Below, piece after piece: positions 39,990 through 50,510 of a DNA stretch of 64,000 bases. The DNA is from Bispira polyomma. Its lineage: Eukaryota. Each line of letters begins with the position of its first letter. Positions within the stretch are counted from its first letter, which is position 1. The DNA lies in assembly GCA_965649765.1 (NCBI GenBank), contig OZ287756.1, positions 67,146,001-67,210,000 of the forward strand, in the 5' to 3' direction. The notes beneath the pieces are model-generated. The model had not been told where the DNA came from. It made no database searches and worked only from the letters and a program-made list of their open reading frames with translations. The position numbers and the translations under genes are program-made.

Positions 39990-42900
39990 TATCAGTTTAA
40001 TGAACTGGCCATTTCAATGTAGATAGTGTGTTTATATTAGATTAGAAATATTTCTGAATTTGAGCTGATATAAATTATATTAGTTACACGTTATAGCAGT
40101 TTTGTGGACACATATGGCATAAACGTGACATTAAAAACGTTGATATGGTTTAGTGTATCACCTGATCCATATCAACCACAAACATGTCATAATTACATTA
40201 CAGTGGATAATAAAATAGGAAAATTGAGTGTTGTATATTAAAACATTATATGATGAAAGAAGATAAAATATACAATACAAGTAAGGTTGTTTTACTTTTA
40301 ATATCCAGTTATAAAACTTGAATTTGAATTTGGATATTTAACGTCCACTCTAGTACCCTTTAGTAGGTTATATTGAGACGGGTAGTTAGAAACGCTGGAG
40401 GAAACACTGCATACAGTCGGTCAAAGTTCTGCAGAGAAACCAGCGGCCCACAGTAAGGAACTACCACCTTTCCCACATAGGCATCAACGGGATTCGAAAT
40501 CACGCCGCCCAGAGGTGAGAGACCAGTGATTGTGAAGCGCAATGCTTGCTAACCACTAGGCCACCGCGGCCCCTCCAGTTATAAAACATCGTTATATTAA
40601 TTTATATAGTTTAGCAGTCCGAAAAGGGTCTAAAATATTAAAAATTCACGGCAAAATGAAGAAAATGACTTGTTATCTTAAAGAATTAGCTTCAAATTTT
40701 ACCATTCTAAAAATTGGCTTCTTTACACAATAAAATTGCGTAATGCCTTTATTTTATATATCTCGAAAGTTTCAAACAATTGATGGATGAATTTGTTTAC
40801 CATGACAATAAAATAACCCCAAACTGTATACAGTTTTAGTTTACGTTTCAAAACCTTCCATTATGACGTCAGAATGCAAATCTGAAAGCCAAGAAGTACA
40901 GAGTTGGTACCATACAGAATTAACTTAAAGTCGCATTTATAAAGCTCTAAACATCAAGTTTATTTTCCCAGATGTTGTTTAAGGATCATGTTTTAAGTTT
41001 ACCACACTATTCATCAATTTACAATATGAAATATTCAATAAAATGACATTAAAAACATTGCAAATAGGTTTAATTGTAACACACAGTCTGTATCGGCCAA
41101 GAAAATGTCATACTGACGTCACAGTGGATAGTAAAAAAATAATAAGGTACAGCTTTGCACAAATGTAAAACAAATTTTATGAAATAAATATGATGTCCTT
41201 GACCATCAAGTTTGGAAAATGATACATTTTGAAATGGTGACAGCAAGTGATTGGAACTAAATTGTGATTTGCCAGTAAATAATTTAATATATATTGTATA
41301 CAGTAGAGTGTATACAAATTGGTAACTGACTAGGTATGCAGTACTACAGTGACCCCTGGTCATCAGATGCAATGAGTTATTTCTGATATCATGATGAAGA
41401 TCAAATACATAGATAATTATAAAGTTCATTGGTCCCATATAAAATGTTTACTAATTATATGTGCACTTACGACAACAACCCCCCCTGTTTGTTATAGTTA
41501 CAGAGAACACAGTGACTAATGTTTCCATATCCACAGCCCACCAAGGTTCATCATCCTTCTGAGTATGTGTACAGGAACCCTCACTAAATATGTTGCCAGT
41601 GTTTCCATCTACAGCTTTGTCACTTGAGCCTATTGTCCCACTCTCTCTAAATACTGACGACTGGTCTGTGGTCTTATTTACCAGACTGTAAGTGTAGGTG
41701 CCATCTATAACATGTAACAATAAATAGTAATCATTCAGGAAAGTCTTAACTCCGCTCCTATAACAGGTATAAGTTTTTTAAAAAAAATATCTACACAAAT
41801 TTTGCAGCATCAACATGATTCAAATAAAAACTAAACTATATTTGGAAAGTTATATTAGAAACTATTTCATTCTGTCTGACGAAACATTTGTGTTTAAATG
41901 AGGCTGCTAGCTGTTGAAATGGCTTGAGAAAAACATGAATCTTCAAAAGAGTTGCATTGTTTTGTAACCATCTTAATTTCATGAAGGTGAGGCATTGTAC
42001 ATCAATGGTTTATTGATTGAAATGTTATTTTGAAATAAAATTAACCTATAATCCTGGATATTCAAGTGACACAATTGTTGCTACTTTGATTGCATAATTG
42101 TAATTGTAATTAGACTTTTAGAGCGCTTAATCTCCCCTTAACAAAGGGGATTCTAAGGCGCAACAGCACGAAAGACATTAATCCAATTTCTATATCCAGG
42201 GACAGAAAAGGGTTTAGCACCACAGAGCACTCAAGGGGATGATTGGGACTAAGGTGGGTATGCTTTGGTGTACAAGTGGGTTTTAAACTGCTTTCTAAAA
42301 ATGCTAGTGAGGGGGATGCACAAATCACATCAGGAAGAGCATTCCAAACAATGGGAGCATCAAAAGCAAAGCTGGGACCAAACTGTTTAACTGACTTTTG
42401 AGTAGACGGGTGGAACTTTGGAACTACAAGGAAATTACTACCACTCTGACTGTGCCTGGTATTACAAGAGCTACTGTAAGAGGAAAGATTTGGGACAAAA
42501 TACTTGGAAAAACCAGTGTGAAGAAACTTCTAAACAAGTGTAGCTGTTTTAAACACTGAACGCTGTTCAACAGGGAGCCAATGCAATTTCTTAAGAACAG
42601 GAGTTATACTGGTGTATCGACTTGTATTTGACAAAATTCTAGAAGCACTATTTTTAACAGTTTACTATTGACAAAAGCATTGGCCACAAGTATTAAAGCA
42701 TCATAAGTGAGAAACCTCCTGACACGTCTAAATTCCCGGAGTTGCACAAAACAACTTTTGCAGACACTATGAACGTGTTTAGAAAAGAAAAAGTCGGAGT
42801 TAAACCATACACCCAGGTTCTTAACGGAATCAGCTGAGCTGAAAGGGCTAAAACAGTACCAGAACACTGTACTGTGTGGTCAAAATGTCAAAAATGTTAG

Positions 42901-45900
42901 AGTTAAAAACAGCTGATAAAAGTGTTGCAAATATTTTCTTAATCGCCTCTCCATGTGGCTGCAGCATCATAAACAGGGCTCCTTGTTTTATAGTAGGGTC
43001 ACGACAATTCCTATAACAGTAGTTTGTGTTATGTTGGTGCACACTAAATGAAACACCTATATAACAATATTAAACAAGATGTTTTACGAATATTGATACA
43101 TTTATTACACCTGTTTGAAGGCGACAAAACCTAACCAATTCTGCAAATATTTACAACCTAATATGCAAGTGTTAGGATCGAAATCACTTACCTAAACAAC
43201 ATATTTATTAATATTGCCATGAAATACAGTATAATAATGACATCATACATATTTGCTTACACTGTGCATTTATGGGCTGTGTAGAAGTGATCCTTATAAT
43301 CCGAATTACCCACAATTGCTCAAGTATTTTTTACTCCAAATATGACACAGTATATACCAATATCAAATCATTAAAGCCAGGTCACACGTACACGTGCTGG
43401 AGCTACATGTGTATGACGTTTTTTTTTACTTTTTTGAAAGCTAGTATAAACGTTGTAGAAAGTAATGTCAAAGTGAGGATCCCTGGTGCGTTCGTTCTGT
43501 GACGTTGTTTAATGGGTGATATCATTCCGGAAACGTCTCCGTTTGGTCGGCTGCAACAATTATTTTAGACGCCAGTATAGCCAAAAAAAGAAAACAGTTA
43601 TAGAATTAACATTCATACAATTTTGTATAAGACAATAAAAGAAGCGGTCTTTCAGTAAACAACACGCCACTCCCGCCAAACAGAGTGGGTAATAATATAA
43701 TTAATTTTACAGGTATATTTCACAGATACTTTTACTTTGACATGAAACTACCGAGTTTTAGGTTTATCTGGCTTTGCTACATTGTGGGACGTTAGCACAT
43801 GTATGTGTGATATGGGCTATAATAGACGCACTTCATTATGTGCACAATATTTCACGCCACTCTAATTGCAACCAATAATATTAATATATTACATTGTGGA
43901 ATTCCCCGGTCAGTATTGGTTCCAGCTTTACCAAGTCCTGGTTTGAAAACCATCTGTGATATTTATTGTTTCACATACATCAATGTCATTAGCACTTTTG
44001 CCAAATTTGACAGTCCTGTCACCGCAATCATATATTACTAGGAAAACCCTATACTATTCAGTCACGTGACCAGACAAGGTCTGGTCAAAATTGTTGTTGC
44101 TCAAAATTTAACATTTACCAGACTATCACTGTTCAACTTCTGAAATGTCTGTCCCTTTGGTTGTTACTACCTATACATTATATTATCTTGATTATACTTG
44201 TTAGAGTTAGCTTCATAGCATGTATACTGGGGATGAGGGCTCTCTTTGTGCACATTTTGACCACAAAACCAGATGTTATGTTTGTATAGTCCTTGGTCCG
44301 CCTTGTAAGAACATCCACCAGAATCGATGAGCTTACATATTGTTTTGCCATCCGTGTTTTTGGAATTATTTCTAAAATTTAAACATTGCGAGTTAGTGCC
44401 CTGTGAGTTAACCAAAAGTCCAAAGCAGTGACGCTGTTTCTTCTAATATTACCTTCTTGGTTATATTGTTGCTGGGGGTCAGTTACCTGAACCATATTGC
44501 ATAACTGCCCAGCAGATCACTCAGGAATTAAGAGTTCATCAAACCCTGGTTTATTCTTCTAAAAGCCTTCCCCGTTCAGCCTTCATTAGGACATCTACAT
44601 GTGCGGTCAGCTAAAGCAACATAATTTAATCTACCAAATTTCTGGCGAGCTGGAATCATACCTTGTATGAGGTTTGCGTAGGCAAGAATCTTGTATTCTG
44701 CCAGTTGCCTGTTCACCTCCTGTTGAATAGATTAAAGAACATCCAGCATTGGAACTATGCCGTCAGGTGCACACTCTTGTTGAGTGGGGCGAGTTTTCTG
44801 AGTAGGTACAGGTGATGTGAGGTTTCCAGGATGCCGATTGAAGTTACTTCTACCTAGAGTAGGAATCGTGAAACCATCATTGGTCCTAGTGTCGCATGCA
44901 GTCCTGTTTTTGTGTGCTAGTTTAGGGAGTACTCAAGCCATGAGTTTCTATTCTGTCAATATGTCTACCCATTGCCGTGTTAGCGTGCTCTAGGCGGAAT
45001 AGAATAGCCATAACCCCATCATATCATGTCTGATCCTGAGCGTTGGAAGGATTCCTGTCTGTGTCTATGTGGAGGACATGGCCGATCCTGTCATTGATCT
45101 GATGATCACGAGTGGGGTGTCATCAAATTTGTCTTGTGTACTAGACAACAGATTACTTTCACAAATGATACTGTTATTTATCTTGTCCACTGTGACACAC
45201 TCCGTTGATTTATTTGAAGATTGCTTCTTGGCTTTTGGTGTCTGCTTGGGTGGTGTTTTCTTTGTTCCTTCCAGTTCTTCAGTTCGATATATGGTTTGTA
45301 GATAGAAATATTTATTTAATGTTAAGCTAAACTAAACCACAACGAAACCCTAATGAAATTATTTGGTTTCCATATCAAATACATACATTTGTCACCTTCA
45401 GTATCGAAATTCAATATGGAGAATTTGGAATGTCAATGCTAAGCTGGGGGTGGCATTTTTCCCTACACAGTGTATACAATTTTTTGACAGAGTAATGTTA
45501 CTTTTGCATTATAAAACAGGTATTTAATGTTTCACGTTTCTTACTATTTTACGTTTATTTTAAGGCATACATTACAAAAGGAAGTATTGTATTTTGCTTG
45601 TACAAACCAAAAACAAAAAAAATAATAAATCTAAAAGATGAACAAGAAAACAGAATAATTATATACCAATGTCAGCTCACATTCAAAATATTTCCCCACA
45701 AATACCATCAATCATAAAATTTATCTTTGATTAACTTAATTCTATGCCACATCCATTGTTCCTCGTATTTTCGCTTGATTTCATTTTGCAAATGATAAAT
45801 TTTTAATATGTAACATTTCTTGGAACACCAAAAAATATATTTTCTTGTCACTAGTAATATAAAGTTTATTGGGCAAAAATGTTGATCTACTCTTGTATAT

Positions 45901-48900
45901 CCAAGTGTTCTCGTGGTACTATTGAGTTCAAAATTTATTCTTATCTTATTTGAAATCCACATTTTTATGTTTTCCCACAGTTGAGTAATTTTTCTGCAAT
46001 AACACAGTAAGCTTAATATTTTCTGGATAATCTTTGCAAAAATTACAAAAATTGCTTGTTGAAAGTTTTATTTTATACAAGTAGTCCCTAGTTCCTAGTA
46101 TATTGTAAAGTATTCTATATTGAAACCAAATATAGCTGTTCTCGTTTACACTTTTAAAGCACACTTTGTAAATTGTAGGCCAAATATCCTTAACTTGGTT
46201 AGGCATGCTCAGTTTTTAACATGTTGTTCCAAAATATTTCAGCCAATGGTCTTTCGTTTTGAGAACTTTTATTGTATATGTGGTAAAACTCTTCACAGCC
46301 ATTTTGGGAATTGAGTAGCGGTTTCAAATGAAATGGGTAGCTCGGCTTTTTGTACAACATTGGACCATTCTTTTTATATTTCATAAGAAATGGTTTAACA
46401 CTTGATTTAATTGGCAGATAATTTCAAATGTTAATGCTATAGTTGTATTTGCATTCAATTTCTTTTTTACTTAGTATATCCTTATCAGATTTTATTATAT
46501 CTCCAACTGGGTATATTCCATTTCTAAACAAGTCAGGGAAAAAAGTAGAAGTTTTGTATAAATGTGTATTATACCACAGGCAAGACTGTGTGGTGTCAAA
46601 ATTTGAACAGATAGTTTGTTTCTTACATAGAAGCATCCAGTCTTCAAGGATGTTTTGCCAAAATCTATTTTTAACTTTATTCATTAATATATTGCACCAG
46701 TACCCACCTAAAGTAGTGATTAGATGGACACTGCCATATATTTCAACGAGAAGCATGTACCATAATGAGTTTGACTGAGATAAGAGTTTTTGAATCCAGC
46801 TAATTTTTGGCTATTTTTCAAAATTAAATAAGTGATAAACATTTTTTGTGCCACCTTGAAAGTATTCAGCACAGATAGTTTGTCTTTTAATTTTGTCCGG
46901 CTTACCATCCCAAAGGAACTTATGAGGGAGTTTATTAACAGTGCACAAAAAATTTTCTGACCTTTCTATGGATGTAAGAAGATGAATACACTTGGATAAT
47001 ATATTTGTTTTATGACAGTTATTTTTCCTAATGGTGTTAAATATTGATAAATCCATTTCTTTTTTAATATTTTTTGGGGGTTTTCCATAATTTAATTGTA
47101 GTATCTTTTCTAGATTTGTGGAAAATTCTATTCCTAAAAAACTAAACTCGCAGTTACCCCAGTCTAGGATTTCTGTAACGTTTAGTTTTTTTTTCTACCA
47201 ATCCAAATCACTTTTGTTTTTTCCTTGTTCATCGTTAAACCAGATAGAAAACCTCAAATGTGTTCAGAGCCACTTGCAGAGAGTGCCGACTTCCATTGAG
47301 TATAATGGTAGTGTCATCTGCAAACTGTGTTACTTTAAATTCTGATCTCTCTATTTTAATTTCAATTATATGTAGATTCATACATATTATTAAAGATAAT
47401 ATTTTTGCACCTAGTAAGAACAGGTATGGTGAAATGGGATCTCCTTGTCTACATCCCCTCTCAATTGAAATAGGTTCTGATAAAACACCACGATACATAT
47501 GCTGTTATATCAGTATTAAACACTTTGATCCATTTAATAAAGTCACTATGGTAGCCAAAATAAACGTTGTACAAAAATTGCCAAGACACTGAATCAAAGG
47601 CCTTTTCAAAATCAATCAGCATCAATAGACCAGGTATATTTTTAAGTTCAGTTGAATGTAGTAAATCATAAATTATTCTAGTATTTTCACTTATTGATCC
47701 ACCTTTAATAAAGCCAGTTTGAGGCCGTGATAAAACTGTATCCAGGTTGTTGTTTTTTTTCAATCTTTCTGCAATAGCACCTGAAGTTAATTTGTAGATT
47801 ACAGAGAGCAAAGAAATGGGACGCCATTTTTTTTAAAATTAGTTATATCCTTACTGCCTTTTGGTAAACAAGTTATTATACATTGACTGAGTGTTGTTAA
47901 CAAGTGACCTTTCAAAAAGTGTTCACTGCAATACCAATTAAAAATGGCAGTTTTCTCCAAAATACTGTCCATACCTGGAGTTTTGTTATCTTTTTTTCAA
48001 AACTATAGCTAATTCTTCAACAGTAATTGGTTGACCTAAATCTATGCAAGACACCTTAATAGTTTTAGTCTTTTGAAAACTTCAGCCAAATTACTACTTA
48101 TTTTTTCATCCCTACTTTTAAAGAGGTTAACATAATATTCACGGGGTAGTATTGGTCACGATAGGGGTAAGAATGGTAGACAAAAGAGTTGAGTTCAAAC
48201 GTGCCTAAAATGCTATGGTAGTAATTAAAATTTGTGAACTAAACTAATACTAAGGTTGTAACTAAAATCTTGATAACCAAGCAAGAGCCTCTGTTGCCGT
48301 GCTTATCACATTATAGATGATAATAATGTGTCATGTTTGCTAATAGTAGTACCTTATTTTAAAAAATATAAAAAAAAATAAACTTTTTTGAGATGTTATG
48401 AATTAGATGTCATTAAATATTGTTAGGATAACGATTAAGAATAACAAAGCTCCACAAATTTACTGTCAGAAAGTGAATATTTGTTTTAAAGTAGATGTCA
48501 AGTAAATCTTTTATTCTTTTCATTTCTTATAGCATGATGTACTTGTATGTTGTCAGGATATTTATATATATACCGGAAGACTATATGTGTTTAGGAATAT
48601 AGTTTCAAATGACAAGATTTTCGTTAAAACATATGCACTATTTACTATACGTTTTGTTGATTACTCTAAATAGTATGTTTTAGATATGAAATAGAAATAT
48701 GAAAACTTAAAATACAAACCATTAATTTATTTTTATAACATTAACAAACATATATACCAAAAGAATTACCAAAGTGACACAAATTATCATTGTAACACAA
48801 GAGAAGACTAAAACCATTCATTTGTTGCTATAATAATTCTAAAATTCAAACCTGTCACGCCATATGAAAACGCTCTAATTATAGCGGTTCATACTTACAC

Positions 48901-48977
48901 TGTGCATACGTCAGTTGAATGTAAAATAGAATGAATAATGGAAACCCCTTAATCCACAGTATCCCAGAATAGTGCAT
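18097..48977 (-). CDS. Spliced gene: F-type lectin / multiple EGF-like domain type I membrane receptor (MEGF10/SREC-like), 615 aa. join(48977-48899, 41704-41471, 38950-38800, 38082-38018, 30923-30777, 30224-30090, 29765-29631, 29365-29231, 28772-28641, 27941-27804, 19516-19358, 18434-18097)
   Basis: Twelve exons with AG acceptors and GT donors (one GC donor). Phases match at every junction; the total is 1848 nt = 616 codons including TAA, with no internal stop. Domain order is signal peptide, FTLD, 7 EGF-like, TM, Tyr-motif tail. Confidence 0.85.
19000..19260 (+). mobile_element. L2/CR1-type LINE 3' end fragment
   Basis: Decayed G.KAFSISAPLV*NTLP..LRSS..AFPP* ORF2 terminus followed by a 3' UTR. 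Confidence 0.6.
19358..19516 (-). CDS. Exon 11: EGF-like repeat 7 plus stalk (GC donor)
   Basis: [53 protein letters not shown]; donor AAG|GCAATA in phase 1 joins the TM exon in frame. Confidence 0.85.
19885..22905 (-). mobile_element. L2-type LINE (endonuclease plus RT, frameshifted) in intron 10
   Basis: EN: SIDIFSTTETH, VYRPP, GDF.FHID. RT: QSAYKSGHSTETAL, GVPQGSVLGPILF, YADDTQLY, LHWLPI. (TTAGA)n 3' tail at 19885-19903. Confidence 0.95.
23245..24720. repeat. Two ~300-bp direct copies of an unclassified interspersed repeat (23245-23560 and 24425-24720)
   Basis: Shared blocks such as gcaaaagg..gac..tgtaaggtc.aagat and gttgcctta.aagtttgaga.ctgttttgctgaacaca. Confidence 0.8.
25330..25690 (-). 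mobile_element. Non-autonomous DNA transposon end (Harbinger-like TIR)
   Basis: TAA-AGGGGCTGTCCCACTATC on the minus strand at ~25690, with short subterminal repeats (gggatc.aggta.cgacct). The second TIR was not found. Confidence 0.45.
26140..26280. repeat. Degenerate short tandem array of TACATTTGTGG motifs
   Basis: Seven motif copies at ~20-25-bp spacing. Confidence 0.7.
27804..27941 (-). CDS. Exon 10: EGF-like repeat 6
   Basis: VCEYNTYGHDCKLCSHNCESLPCDNETGGCLEGRCASGFVGFNCTQ; 138 nt, phase 1/1. Confidence 0.9.
28641..28772 (-). CDS. Exon 9: EGF-like repeat 5
   Basis: ECPVGRYGEQCIYSCSLTCNNDCDHISGICYGGCVIGYTGDMCE; 132 nt, phase 1/1. Confidence 0.92.
29231..29365 (-). CDS. Exon 8: EGF-like repeat 4
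   Basis: ECPLGTYGNQCRDTCSPNCKEYCDHISGLCNGGCMAGYLGDFCNT; 135 nt, donor G|GTAAG. Confidence 0.92.
29631..29765 (-). CDS. Exon 7: EGF-like repeat 3
   Basis: VCPLGTYGDQCRYTCSPHCNNYCVHKSGICNDGCVVGYTGDMCHK; 135 nt, phase 1/1. Confidence 0.92.
30090..30224 (-). CDS. Exon 6: EGF-like repeat 2
   Basis: ECPLGTYGNQCRDTCSPNCKDHCDHISGFCNDGCVAGYLGDFCST; 135 nt, phase 1/1. Confidence 0.92.
30777..30923 (-). CDS. Exon 5: EGF-like repeat 1
   Basis: VCPDGTYGEECAHNCAPHCKIHPCNKFTTEGTCPDGECHIGYKPDNCAT; 147 nt, phase 1/1, AG/GT sites. Confidence 0.9.
32216..33320 (+). pseudogene. Harbinger (HARBI1-like DDE) transposase pseudogene
   Basis: WVRPWL, LASGQSY, TISKII, GALNWKH (degenerate GAIDGKH), SIVLMTVVD..YKFMWIDVGA, LMKPF, RLSQATRVVKNAFGIL; frameshifts present. 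Confidence 0.9.
35100..36850 (-). pseudogene. Harbinger ORF2 (Myb/SANT/MADF-like) remnant, spliced
   Basis: EWVKLQRVLWDKESREY at ~36.75 kb, low-complexity KRPRR segment at 35.3 kb, exon-like boundaries; convergent with the transposase. Confidence 0.6.
37380..38017 (+). mobile_element. L2/CR1-type LINE RT fragment abutting the exon 4 donor
   Basis: FRPLSN, QSAYRNHHSTESA, LSAGFDTINH, YGVLQRSVL.PLLF, NETQIYL (YADDTQIYL). Confidence 0.85.
38018..38082 (-). CDS. Exon 4: F-type lectin domain, C-terminal part
   Basis: (R)YLSVAVPITQILTLCEVQIKA is the canonical RY...LTLCEV FTLD end; acceptor tttctccag, donor G|GTATAT; phase 2 entry and phase 1 exit fit the neighbours. Confidence 0.92.
38341..38604 (-). 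mobile_element. tRNA-derived SINE with 10-bp TSD ACGTTCAAAA
   Basis: A-box-like GGTGGCTTAGTGG head; homologous to 40318-40573; TSD at 38331-38340 and 38605-38614. Confidence 0.9.
38800..38950 (-). CDS. Exon 3: F-type lectin domain, middle part
   Basis: (H)DRLNQFSVYGS...KTCFTFSGVFGNGVTRSFNCTKPISA(R); acceptor atttcag and donor AG|GTAC. Not in the ORF track. Confidence 0.9.
39226..39464. mobile_element. MITE with imperfect ~30-bp terminal inverted repeats
   Basis: cagaggatgtattgacaaaatggccttaa versus the reverse complement of the right end, caggaacgatattaacaaatggtcttac. Confidence 0.6.
39956..39986. repeat. (TA)n microsatellite
   Basis: Direct reading. Confidence 0.95.
40318..40573 (-). mobile_element. 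tRNA-derived SINE with perfect 14-bp TSD TCCAGTTATAAAAC
   Basis: GGGGCCGCGGTGGCCTAGTGG A box, TTCGAATCCC B box, (AAATTC)n-like tail; TSD at 40304-40317 and 40574-40587. Confidence 0.95.
41471..41704 (-). CDS. Exon 2: F-type lectin domain, N-terminal part
   Basis: QSS...KAVDGN...SCTHT...PWWAVDM...VTITNRGGCC is a typical FTLD signature; acceptor ttatag|AT and donor C|GTAAGT. Confidence 0.93.
42095..42850 (-). mobile_element. L2-type LINE, 5'-truncated
   Basis: SADSVKNLGVWFNSDF..VCKSCFVQLREFRRVRR, LHWLPVEQR, AFDAPIVWNALP; (ATTACA)n tail. Confidence 0.9.
43750..45500 (-). mobile_element. Degenerate DIRS-group element: terminal A segment plus gag (C-terminal Cys/His finger)
   Basis: KPGFDELLIPE*SAGQLCNM and TICKL..GGCSY..YKH..FC..HP..C; the 5' part is homologous to 27450-27600. 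Confidence 0.65.
45500..48140 (-). mobile_element. L1/Tx1-clade LINE ORF2 (RT plus C-terminal zinc finger), frameshifted
   Basis: WRPISLL, QTGFIKG, LIDFEKAFDSVSW, RGCRQGDPISPYLF, QFADDTT, FLWDGKPDKIKR, FQYRILYNIL..CNFC. Confidence 0.95.
48140..48308 (-). mobile_element. Terminal A segment of the YR-element family
   Basis: ggtag.attggtc.cgatagggg...gtgcctaaa...tgtgaact...tgttgccgtgctta matches 24235-24415 and 27553-27745. Confidence 0.75.
48899..48977 (-). CDS. Exon 1 (coding part): signal peptide MHYSGILWIKGFPLFILFYIQLTYAQ
   Basis: ATG in aagATG context, hydrophobic core, plausible YA|Q cleavage site, perfect donor T|GTAAGT; phase 1 matches exon 2. Confidence 0.7.
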
Positions 48978-49659
48978 CTTGTGTTCCACGGATGCAGAAT
49001 CAAAACATCTCCTTTTTGGTAAATATAATATTTGTATACATCACTTGTTTTGAAAGTACCACTGACTACACATATATGTATATATCTACATAACCTATCG
49101 ATCAAATAAGTTTTCAGAGGCAAGAACAAACATACAGCCGCATATATACAAGGTAACAAACATACAAAATCTAAAAGAAGATAGGTTTATAACAAAAAGT
49201 ATAAAAGTTTGTCCTTGTAGCCTATTTCTAAATGACTTACATGTGTTTATACATACAATCGTTTTTGGTTGAAGGCATTTTGTTCATAAATATTTGTATT
49301 TTATATTACTTACTGAACCAGATATATATCAAGGAGTACTACTCATATTATGGGTACACACTACTGATTTTTAAAATGTACACATTATGAATGCTCACAT
49401 AGAATGTGAACAACTGTAGTTGTGGTTTTCCCATACCTAGTGATTATAAAGTTGGTCTGACAATCCAATGGTCCCTGGTTTGACTCTTGGTAAAGCGAAA
49501 ATGGGTAACATCAATACAAACAAATAAAGGAACAGTTACACAGACAAGAACATAAATATTGCTCCTAAAAACCTTTGGACCAAGGACTTGATATTGTTAA
49601 ACCAATCTCTGATATGATTAGTTATTTTAAGGTGCTCAGGGCAAACAGCGCATTAAGTA

Positions 49660-49890
49660 TATTCAGTGGACGATTAAGTGCTAGTTAGATTGTCCGTGTT
49701 TTAAACTCACCACAACAGTATCTTCAATAGTTTCAGAGGATTCATTTATATGGAAACCAGTTTTAAAACAAACATGAATAACTTTAATTTACTGGCCTAC
49801 GACCAATACCTGGCTTGAGATTCGAACCCACATTGGTGAGACCAGTGATTGTGAAATTAACAGTTTCTAACCATTAGCTTACTGATCCAC
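49660..49890 (-). mobile_element. Diverged tRNA-derived SINE (related head)
   Basis: ttcacaatcactggtctc is shared with the 40.3-kb SINE; B box GGTTCGAATCTC. Confidence 0.7.
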
Positions 49891-50344
49891 ATTGGGATTG
49901 GTTGACACTTGGGTCAAGCTAATTAATTTGATCATACTAAATGTTGAAGACCATTTTAAACAAAATATGCCACCTCCCCCTTTGTATGTTTCCACCATAC
50001 TTTACACCAGTGTGCAGGGAAGTAACGGGGTGAGGCTTTGAAAGGTGCTGTATCCCTTTGCACGTTTTCCGTGGGCATTGACCCTAGTGTCCACCCCTTC
50101 ACTGGGTAACACCAAACCCCCTATGGGAGCACTCTTAACAATCAAGGGAGGGCTAGTGGGGTGTGGATACTAGCACACTATTTGTTGTTAAAAATTGTAT
50201 ATTATATTCTATGTCAACAATTGTATTTATGATTCTATGTTGTCTATTTATAAAAATTATTTTATGTCAATAATATATATCACATATTTTTTCATACATT
50301 TTGAGATATTACTAACTTTTTCAGCCACCTTACTTCTGAAAAGC

Positions 50345-50510
50345 TAGAACTTAAACCTAATGTATTCACTTGAGCTTAGTAAAAGGTATCCTTAGAGTAA
50401 ATACAAATTAAAACTTAATGTGTATACTTCAACTTAGTTAAAGGTAATCCTATAGTGAATAAAACTTAAACTGAATGTATCCACTTAAACTTAATTAACA
50501 CAAATATTAA
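50345..50510. repeat. ~58-bp degenerate tandem repeat, about 3 copies
   Basis: aaac.taatgt..acttnanyttagt.aaaggta.tcct recurs. Confidence 0.65.

Noticed and set aside
40480-40573. tRNA gene
   Set aside because: Has A and B boxes but is the head of a TSD-flanked SINE with a body and tail; no clean cloverleaf.
48911-49159. 82-aa ORF as the first exon
   Set aside because: Wrong frame; the signal peptide and phase-1 donor are in another frame starting at 48977.
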